Shown piece after piece: positions 17,836-25,974 of a stretch of 32,000 nt of DNA. The notes under the pieces were generated by a model that saw nothing but the letters and a program-made list of their open reading frames with translations, was not told the DNA's origin and did no database searches. The stretch lies in NCBI RefSeq assembly GCF_000195955.2, contig NC_000962.3, positions 1,530,001 through 1,562,000 on the forward strand, given 5' to 3'. The number at the start of each line of letters is the position of its first letter. Position 1 is the first letter of the stretch. Source of the DNA: Mycobacterium tuberculosis H37Rv. Its GTDB lineage: Bacteria > Actinomycetota > Actinomycetes > Mycobacteriales > Mycobacteriaceae. The position numbers and the translations under genes are program-made.

Positions 17836-19151
17836 CCGGTCGCCGATTGGCGCGATTCCCCGCATTCAGGGCTGGCGTAGCGCAAGACGATGACGTGGGG
17901 TCGACCCTGAGTCAGGGCTCGACGACAGGTGTGTTGTCGGGCCCGAATTGGTCGTACTGGCCAAGCCGTGTATTAGGGTCTGCGGACCCGACGACGATCG
18001 CTCACCGGCACGGCACCCACCGCATCACTAGCCCGGACGAGACCTGGCTGGCCCTGCAGCCCTTTCTCGCGCCAGCAGGCATTACCGGGGTCGCCGACGT
18101 GACATGGCTGGATTGTCTTGGCATTCCAACGGTTCAGGCGGTGCGCCCGGCATCGCTGACGTTGTCGGTCAGCCAGGGCAAAGCCGCCAGCTATCGGGCT
18201 GCCCAGGTCTCGGCGGTGATGGAGTCCTTGGAGGGATGGCACGCCGAGAACGTCACTGCCGACTTGTGGTCTGCGACCGCCCGGGATCTCGAGGCAGACC
18301 TGACTTACGACCCCGCCCAACTTCGCCACCGGCCGGGCAGCCTCTACCACGCCGGCGTCAAGCTCGATTGGATGGTCGCGACGACGTTGCTGACCGGTCG
18401 CCGGACCTGGGTACCGTGGACGGCGGTGCTGGTGAACGTGGCAACCCGCGATTGCTGGGAACCGCCGATGTTCGAGATGGACACCACCGGACTGGCCTCC
18501 GGCAACTGCTACGACGAGGCCACCTTGCACGCCTTGTACGAGGTGATGGAGCGGCATAGCGTGGCTGCAGCGGTCGCCGGAGAGACCATGTTCGAGGTGC
18601 CAACTGACGATGTCGCCGGCTCTGACAGCGCCCACCTGGTTGAGATGATCCGTGACGCCGGGGACGATGTGGACCTTGCCCGCATCGATGTCTGGGACGG
18701 TTACTACTGTTTTGCCGCCGAGCTCACCTCCGCGACGCTGGAGGTGACCTTCGGCGGGTTCGGGTTACACCACGACCCTAACGTGGCGTTATCGCGGGCG
18801 ATCACCGAAGCCGCCCAGTCGCGCATCACGGCAATCAGCGGAGCCCGCGAGGACCTCCCGTCGGCGATCTACCACCGGTTCGGCCGGGTGCATACATACG
18901 CGAAGGCGCGAAAGACGTCGTTGCGGCTGAACCGCGCGCGGCCGACACCGTGGCGGGTGCCCGATGTCGACTCGCTGCCCGAGTTGGTGGCGTCGGCGGC
19001 GACGGCGGTGGCCAACCGATCCGGCACCGAGCCGCTGGCGGTCGTGTGCGACTTCGCCGATGCCTGTGTCCCCGTGGTGAAGGTGCTCGCCCCGGGCCTC
19101 GTGCTGTCGAGCGCATCGCCGATGCGCACACCCCTACAGGAGGCTGAATGA
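17832..19151 (+). CDS. YcaO-domain protein, ATP-dependent peptide backbone-modifying enzyme (probably Rv1375)
   Basis: 439 aa. YcaO signature regions TTGLASGNCYDEATLHALYEVMERH and AITEAAQSRITAISGAREDL. Confidence 0.85.
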   Translation: MTGRRLARFPAFRAGVAQDDDVGSTLSQGSTTGVLSGPNWSYWPSRVLGSADPTTIAHRHGTHRITSPDETWLALQPFLAPAGITGVADVTWLDCLGIPTVQAVRPASLTLSVSQGKAASYRAAQVSAVMESLEGWHAENVTADLWSATARDLEADLTYDPAQLRHRPGSLYHAGVKLDWMVATTLLTGRRTWVPWTAVLVNVATRDCWEPPMFEMDTTGLASGNCYDEATLHALYEVMERHSVAAAVAGETMFEVPTDDVAGSDSAHLVEMIRDAGDDVDLARIDVWDGYYCFAAELTSATLEVTFGGFGLHHDPNVALSRAITEAAQSRITAISGAREDLPSAIYHRFGRVHTYAKARKTSLRLNRARPTPWRVPDVDSLPELVASAATAVANRSGTEPLAVVCDFADACVPVVKVLAPGLVLSSASPMRTPLQEAE

Positions 19152-20641
19152 CGGCCTGCGGCAGGATTGTCGTCACCGCTGGGCCCACGATTAGCGCCGC
19201 GGACATCCGCTCGGTGGTGCCGGATGCCGAGGTGGCGCCGCCGATTGCGTTTGGCCAGGCGCTCTCCTATGACTTGCGGTCGGGTGACACGCTGCTGATT
19301 GTCGACGGATTGTTCTTTCAGCAGCCGTCGGTTCGACATAAGGAGCTTTTGACGTTGATGGCCGACGGTGTCCGAGTCGTCGGATCGTCGAGCATGGGCG
19401 CCCTGCGGGCCGCTGAGCTGCATCCATTCGGCATGGAGGGCTATGGCTGGGTCTTCGAAAGCTACCGAGATGGGGTACTCGAGGCCGACGATGAGGTCGG
19501 CGTGGTGCACGGCGACGCCGACGACGGCTACCCGGTCTTCGTCGACGCGCTGGTGAACATGCGCCACACCCTGGCGCGGGCCGTCGCAACTGGTGTGGTG
19601 TGCTCCGAGCTGGCCGAGCGGATCATCGAGACCGCGCGGGCCACACCGTTCACCATGCGCACCTGGGCGCGGCTGCTGAGTGAGGTCGGCGCCCCGGACC
19701 AGCGCGGCCTCGCCGCACAGTTGCGGTCACTGCGGGTCGATGTCAAACACGCCGATGCGCTGCTGGCGTTGCGGCAGCTCGGCCAGCGCCCCCGGGTGGA
19801 GCCGCTTCGTCCGGGTCCGCCGCCCACCGTGTGGTCGCGGCGGTGGCGGCAGCGATGGGCACCGCCCACCTCCGTCGCCGCATCGGCCGACCACGGCGAG
19901 TCTTTTGTCGACGTCACCGACTTGGAGGTCTTGTCGTTTTTGAGCGTGAGCTCGGTTGACTACTGGGCCTACCGGCCAGCACTGCAACAGGTCGCTGCCT
20001 GGTACTGGACGTTGAAACACCCCGAACAATCCGGAAGCGTCGGTGAGCGTGCCGCACGAGCCGTCGCCGAGGTGGCATCGGAGGGCTACGGGCGCGCCCT
20101 GGAATTCATTGCCTATCGCTACGCACTTGCCACCGGCATCATCGACGAGACCGGCTTTCCCGAGGCGGTCGCAGCGCATTGGCTCACCACCGAAGAGCGC
20201 CACGGCCTGGGCAATGACCCCATCTCGATCTCGGCGCGAGTGATCACCCGCACGTTGTTCGTCGTCCGGTTATTGCCGGCGATCGACCATTTCCTTGACC
20301 TGCTGCGGAAGGACTCCCGACTGCCCCGATGGCGTGCCATGGCGGCCCACGCACTCTGCAAGCGCGACGATCTGGCCCGGCAAAAGCCGCACCTGAACCT
20401 GGGCCGGCCCGATCCGACGCAATTGAAGCGCCTCTTTGGGGCCCGATGGGGGACCCAGGTGAACCGCATCGAGTTGGCCCGGCGTGGACTGATGACCGAG
20501 GACGCCTTCTATGCTGCCGCCACCCCGTTCGCCGTCGCGGCCGTCGACGACCAACTGCCGCGCATCGAGGTCGGCACCTTAGGACCCGCGCCGCTGAGCG
20601 CGGACGTTCCAGAACGCCATTTCGACTTCGGTTCCGTCTAA
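19148..20641 (+). CDS. TfuA-like protein with a long C-terminal extension (probably Rv1376)
   Basis: N-terminal TfuA-like sequence: IVVTAGPTISAADIRSVVPDAEVAPPIAFGQA...LLIVDGLFFQQPSVRHKELL...GVRVVGSSSMGALRAAEL. ATG 19148 overlaps the YcaO stop (ATGA). Total length is 497 aa. Confidence 0.8.
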   Translation: MTACGRIVVTAGPTISAADIRSVVPDAEVAPPIAFGQALSYDLRSGDTLLIVDGLFFQQPSVRHKELLTLMADGVRVVGSSSMGALRAAELHPFGMEGYGWVFESYRDGVLEADDEVGVVHGDADDGYPVFVDALVNMRHTLARAVATGVVCSELAERIIETARATPFTMRTWARLLSEVGAPDQRGLAAQLRSLRVDVKHADALLALRQLGQRPRVEPLRPGPPPTVWSRRWRQRWAPPTSVAASADHGESFVDVTDLEVLSFLSVSSVDYWAYRPALQQVAAWYWTLKHPEQSGSVGERAARAVAEVASEGYGRALEFIAYRYALATGIIDETGFPEAVAAHWLTTEERHGLGNDPISISARVITRTLFVVRLLPAIDHFLDLLRKDSRLPRWRAMAAHALCKRDDLARQKPHLNLGRPDPTQLKRLFGARWGTQVNRIELARRGLMTEDAFYAAATPFAVAAVDDQLPRIEVGTLGPAPLSADVPERHFDFGSV

Positions 20642-21217
20642 CTCGCGGCGCACGGTGGCGGGCTCCAGCGACTCGATATCCCAGCCAGCGCCACCGAGGA
20701 CGTCGCGCAGCGTTTGCTCGGATACCGTCGACCGCGGCCATTCCTCATCGGGCGGCATGGCGTTGGAGAAGCAGCTGAGTAGCAGGGTGGCGCCCGGTCG
20801 GGTGGCCCGGTGCACCGAGGCGGCGTAGCTGCGCTTGCCGTCGTCGTCTAGGCAGTGGAACATCCCGCAGTCGATCACGGTATCGAACGCGCCGGTGTAG
20901 CCGGTCAGCTTGGTGGCGTCACCCACTGCGAACTTGACATCGACTCCGGCGTCGCTGGCTCGCCGTTTGGCGGTGGTCAGCGCGGTGGGAGAGATGTCCA
21001 ACCCGGTCACCTGGTAGCCGTTCCTGGCGAGGTAGATCGCGTTGTCACCGAGCCCGCACCCGATGTCGAGCACGTCGCCGTGCACCCAGCCGCCGGTGTG
21101 CCAGCCGATGACATTGTCCTTGGGCGCTTTGGTGTCCCACGGCGGTGTCGTGATCGGCGGGAGGCCCTCGCCGGGGCTTTCGCCACGGTAGAGCGCGTCG
21201 AAATCTATACCTGGCAT
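20579..21217 (-). CDS. SAM-dependent methyltransferase (probably Rv1377c)
   Basis: Class I motif I: VLDIGCGLGDNAIYLARNG. The frame is open up to GTG 21259 (226 aa). I chose ATG 21217 (212 aa) because it avoids overlap with the upstream gene. Its 3' end overlaps the TfuA gene by 63 nt, convergently. Confidence 0.8.
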   Translation of the reverse strand: MPGIDFDALYRGESPGEGLPPITTPPWDTKAPKDNVIGWHTGGWVHGDVLDIGCGLGDNAIYLARNGYQVTGLDISPTALTTAKRRASDAGVDVKFAVGDATKLTGYTGAFDTVIDCGMFHCLDDDGKRSYAASVHRATRPGATLLLSCFSNAMPPDEEWPRSTVSEQTLRDVLGGAGWDIESLEPATVRRELDGTEVEMAFWNVRAQRRGS

Positions 21218-21227
21218 GCTGGCCAGC

Positions 21228-22517
21228 TTAGGCGGCGTGTAGGTGGGTGAGGGCGACACCGATTCTGGCTTCCACCTGGCTAACGTCTATCTCCAACGGC
21301 CCGGGCAGTGGTGGCGCGGTGCAGTGATAGTACATCCCGGTGGGCGTGGTGAATTCAGCTGTGTGACGGCCGGTTTCGTCCGTGTCGGTGCTGACGCGCC
21401 AGCCGGGAGCTTCCTTGACGTAGTTACAGCGTTCACACGATCCGAGGCCGTTGGTCGCGGTGGTCGGGCCGCCTCGATGATGCGGCTGGGCGTGGTCACG
21501 GTGGCGGATCGGGGCATCGCAGTAGGGCATGCGACAGCGCTGATCGCGCAACCCGATGAACGCGGCCAGCCCCTTCGGGAACCGGCGTGCCCGCGATTCC
21601 ATCGCCACCAAGGCCCCCGAGCGCGGATGACGGTAGAGCCGGCGCAGCGTGGCCCGTGACCGCGTATCGGCAACCGCGTCGCGCACCAGGTTGCGGGCCA
21701 CGGCCGCCGGGATGGGGCCATACCCGTCGACCACCGCCGGGGCGCGGTCGCCAGCTAACAGTGTCTCGTCGGAGAGCACCAGGTTGACCGCTACCGGTTG
21801 GGCCGCCTCGGCGGGTTGTCCGGTGACCCGCTCGACCAACGTGTCGGCCATTACCTGGCCCCGTGTCCGATCGTCGAATGTCGTGTCGGCGGCCCGCTTG
21901 AGCGCCGCATAGACCGACACGCCTCGGGCCACCGGAAGCAACGCCGTCACCCAGGTCATGGTGTCGGGGGCCGGGCGGATCGTCACCGTGCGTTCGGTCT
22001 CGGCCCTGGCGGCCCGCTCCACCACCGCCTGGGCATCGAGCCGGTAGGCAATCGCCCGGGCCGCGGCGGCGATCCGCGCATCACCCATCCCGTCCAATGC
22101 GGACATGTCGGCGCACAGCTCGGCGTCGAGTGCGCGGCGATCCTCGACGTCCAGGCAGGCCGACTCCCGCACGATCAGCGTGGCCCGCCACTCCGATAGC
22201 CGCCCGACCTCGAGCGCGGCGAGTGTGTGCGGCATCTCATACACCAACGCCTTCGCGAACCCCAGGTGGCGCCCGCCGCGCGCCGGCGAATCCCGTCGCG
22301 CCAGCGCTACTTCACTGGCCACCCCACGCCCGCGCCGCCGTGCCGGCACCCCCGCATCCGCCTCATTGCAGCGACGCAACTTGTCCAGCGCCGCCGCAGC
22401 ACGTGCCTGACCGGCGGCCGCGGCCGATTTGACCCGCTCCAGCTCGGCGATCCGCGCGGTCAGGCTCGCCTCATCGTCGCGCGAATCCACGCCCGCGAGG
22501 CTCACTAAATCGAACAT
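21228..22517 (-). CDS. DUF222-type protein with C-terminal HNH endonuclease motif (probably Rv1378c)
   Basis: HNH region: [43 protein letters not shown] prefer the start MFDLVSLAG at 22517. A TATACT hexamer ends 7 nt before that ATG (leaderless-type), and this start avoids overlap with the pyrR leader and CDS. Longer in-frame starts exist at 22655 and 22739. Confidence 0.7.
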
Positions 22518-22605
22518 GTGTTCGAGTATAGCAGGCCTGGGCCACCGCGGCCACCGCACCGCGGGCCCGCAGCGTGCGAGTGCTACGCTGCCGAGCGGTC
22601 GACAT

Positions 22606-22638
22606 CCTTTAACGATCCGTCCAGAGAGGCGGAGAAGG
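22606..22638 (+). promoter_or_regulatory. PyrR-binding RNA hairpin that sequesters the pyrR Shine-Dalgarno sequence
   Basis: CCUUU(22606-10)-aacgau-CCG-UCCAGAGAGG-CGG-a-GAAGG(22634-38). The loop carries the conserved PyrR-box core UCCAGAGAGG. The 3' arm is part of GAAGGAGG, which lies 13 nt upstream of the pyrR ATG. Confidence 0.7.
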
Positions 22639-22653
22639 AGGTCAAGGTTTCCC

Positions 22654-23235
22654 ATGGGTGCTGCGGGTGATGCCGCAATCGGCCGGGAGTCCCGCGAGTT
22701 GATGTCCGCGGCCGACGTCGGCCGCACGATTTCGCGCATCGCGCATCAGATTATCGAGAAGACCGCGTTAGATGACCCAGTCGGACCCGACGCGCCGCGG
22801 GTGGTGCTGCTGGGAATCCCGACCCGTGGCGTGACGCTGGCGAATCGCCTGGCCGGCAATATCACCGAATACAGCGGCATCCACGTCGGCCATGGCGCGC
22901 TGGACATCACCCTGTACCGCGACGATCTGATGATCAAGCCGCCGCGGCCCTTGGCGTCGACGTCGATCCCGGCCGGTGGGATCGATGACGCGCTGGTGAT
23001 CCTGGTCGATGACGTGCTCTACTCCGGGCGCTCGGTGCGTTCCGCCCTGGACGCGCTGCGCGACGTGGGCCGGCCGCGGGCGGTGCAATTGGCGGTGCTG
23101 GTCGACAGGGGTCACCGGGAACTGCCGCTGCGCGCCGACTATGTGGGCAAGAACGTTCCGACCTCGCGCAGCGAGAGCGTGCACGTGCGGCTGCGCGAGC
23201 ACGACGGCCGTGACGGCGTGGTGATCTCGCGATGA
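22654..23235 (+). CDS. pyrR: Bifunctional pyrimidine operon regulator / uracil phosphoribosyltransferase
   Basis: 193 aa. PRPP-binding motif [29 protein letters not shown] is present. The stop overlaps the pyrB start (ATGA). Confidence 0.92.
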
Positions 23236-24191
23236 CCCCAAGGCACCTGCTGACCGCCGCCGACCTCAGCCGCGACGACGCCACCGCCATCCTCGACGAC
23301 GCCGACCGGTTTGCGCAGGCGCTGGTCGGTCGCGACATCAAGAAGCTGCCGACGCTGCGGGGCCGGACCGTCGTCACGATGTTCTATGAGAACTCCACCC
23401 GCACCCGGGTGTCGTTCGAGGTAGCGGGTAAGTGGATGAGCGCCGACGTGATCAACGTCAGCGCTGCCGGATCTTCGGTAGGCAAGGGTGAGTCGCTGCG
23501 GGATACCGCGCTGACCCTGCGCGCGGCCGGGGCTGACGCGCTGATCATCCGCCATCCCGCGTCCGGCGCCGCCCATCTGCTGGCGCAGTGGACCGGCGCC
23601 CACAACGATGGGCCGGCGGTGATCAACGCCGGTGACGGCACTCATGAACACCCCACGCAGGCGCTGCTTGATGCGCTGACCATCCGTCAGCGCCTCGGCG
23701 GCATCGAAGGCCGGCGCATCGTGATCGTCGGCGACATCCTGCACAGCCGGGTCGCCCGCTCCAACGTCATGCTGCTGGACACCCTGGGCGCCGAGGTGGT
23801 GCTGGTGGCGCCACCCACATTGCTACCGGTCGGGGTGACCGGCTGGCCGGCCACCGTCTCCCACGACTTCGATGCCGAGCTGCCCGCCGCCGACGCGGTA
23901 TTGATGCTGCGGGTACAGGCCGAGCGGATGAACGGCGGTTTTTTCCCGTCCGTACGGGAGTACTCGGTCCGCTACGGGCTAACCGAGCGGCGCCAGGCGA
24001 TGCTTCCCGGCCACGCCGTGGTGTTGCACCCGGGACCGATGGTGCGTGGCATGGAGATCACATCTTCGGTCGCGGACTCGTCGCAATCGGCTGTGCTGCA
24101 ACAGGTTTCCAATGGAGTCCAGGTGCGGATGGCGGTGCTGTTCCATGTGCTGGTGGGAGCGCAGGATGCCGGTAAAGAGGGTGCGGCGTGA
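23232..24191 (+). CDS. pyrB: Aspartate carbamoyltransferase catalytic chain
   Basis: 319 aa. Motifs [25 protein letters not shown]. Confidence 0.95.
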
Positions 24192-25480
24192 GCGTGCTGA
24201 TTCGTGGTGTGCGGCCCTACGGCGAGGGGGAGCGGGTCGACGTACTCGTCGATGACGGCCAGATCGCCCAGATAGGACCGGATCTGGCGATCCCCGATAC
24301 GGCCGATGTCATTGACGCCACCGGACACGTGCTGCTGCCCGGGTTCGTCGATCTGCACACCCATCTGCGCGAGCCGGGCCGCGAGTATGCCGAGGACATC
24401 GAAACCGGTTCGGCCGCGGCCGCTTTGGGCGGCTACACCGCGGTGTTCGCGATGGCCAACACCAACCCCGTGGCCGACAGCCCGGTGGTCACCGACCACG
24501 TCTGGCACCGCGGCCAGCAGGTCGGCCTGGTCGACGTGCACCCCGTCGGCGCGGTCACCGTCGGGCTGGCCGGAGCCGAGCTGACCGAGATGGGCATGAT
24601 GAACGCCGGCGCCGCCCAGGTGCGGATGTTCTCCGACGACGGGGTCTGCGTGCATGACCCGCTGATCATGCGCCGCGCCCTGGAATATGCCACCGGTTTG
24701 GGCGTGCTGATCGCCCAGCACGCCGAGGAGCCCCGGCTGACGGTCGGCGCCGTCGCGCACGAGGGACCCATGGCGGCGCGGCTGGGCCTGGCGGGATGGC
24801 CGCGGGCCGCCGAGGAATCGATCGTCGCCCGCGACGCCTTGCTGGCCCGTGACGCCGGCGCCCGGGTGCACATCTGTCACGCGTCGGCCGCGGGCACCGT
24901 CGAAATCCTGAAATGGGCTAAGGACCAGGGTATTTCGATCACCGCCGAGGTCACCCCCCACCACCTGTTGCTCGACGATGCCAGATTGGCCAGCTATGAC
25001 GGCGTGAACCGGGTCAACCCGCCGCTGCGCGAAGCTTCCGACGCGGTCGCCCTGCGACAGGCGCTGGCCGACGGGATCATCGACTGTGTGGCCACAGATC
25101 ACGCCCCGCATGCCGAGCACGAGAAATGCGTCGAATTCGCCGCGGCCCGGCCCGGCATGCTCGGGTTGCAGACGGCATTGTCGGTGGTGGTGCAGACAAT
25201 GGTGGCGCCCGGCTTGTTGAGTTGGCGCGATATCGCGCGGGTGATGAGTGAGAACCCGGCGTGCATCGCACGCTTGCCCGATCAGGGCCGGCCACTGGAG
25301 GTGGGGGAGCCGGCCAACCTGACGGTGGTGGACCCCGACGCCACCTGGACGGTCACCGGCGCCGACCTGGCCAGCCGGTCGGCCAACACGCCGTTTGAGT
25401 CGATGAGCCTGCCCGCCACCGTGACCGCGACCCTGCTGCGCGGGAAGGTGACCGCGCGCGACGGGAAGATCCGGGCATGA
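24188..25480 (+). CDS. pyrC: Dihydroorotase
   Basis: 430 aa. Amidohydrolase metal motif [12 protein letters not shown] and a downstream DHAPH motif. The GTG start overlaps the pyrB stop. Confidence 0.93.
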
Positions 25481-25974
25481 ACTCCGGCACGCTGGCGGGG
25501 TCGCTGATCTTCGCGGCGGTGCTCGTCATGCTGATCGCGGTGCTCGCTCGGCTGATGATGCGCGGCTGGCGGCGCCGTTCGGAGCGGCAGGCGGAGCTGC
25601 TCGGCGACTTGCCCGACGTGCCCGAGCACGTGAGCTCGGCCACGGTCACCACCCGCGGCCTGTACGTGGGCGCCACGCTGTCGCCGGCCTGGAACGAGCG
25701 GGTCACCGTCGGTGATCTCGGGTATCGCAGCAAGGCGGTGCTCACCCGGTATCCGTCGGGCATCATGGTGGAACGCGCACGGGCTCAGCCGATTTGGATT
25801 CCTACGGAGTCGATCGCCGCCATTCGCATGGAACGCGGCGTCGCCGGCAAGGTGGTGGCCGGCATCGGGATACTCGCGATCCGTTGGCGACTGCCGTCCG
25901 GCACCGAGATCGATGTCGGGTTTCGGGCAGACAACCGCGACGAATACCAGGAGTGGCTGGAGGAACCCGTTTGA
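25477..25974 (+). CDS. Small membrane protein of unknown function embedded in the pyr operon (probably Rv1382)
   Basis: 165 aa. N-terminal TM helix [21 protein letters not shown] followed by [10 protein letters not shown]. It has 4-nt overlaps with pyrC (ATGA) and carA (TTGA). Confidence 0.75.

Larger units (their letters stand above)
17533..17859 (+). repeat. Peptide cassette copy 2 (promoter-like element, P3, P4, true ycaO 5' end)
   Basis: See copy 1. Diverged tandem duplication. Confidence 0.7.
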
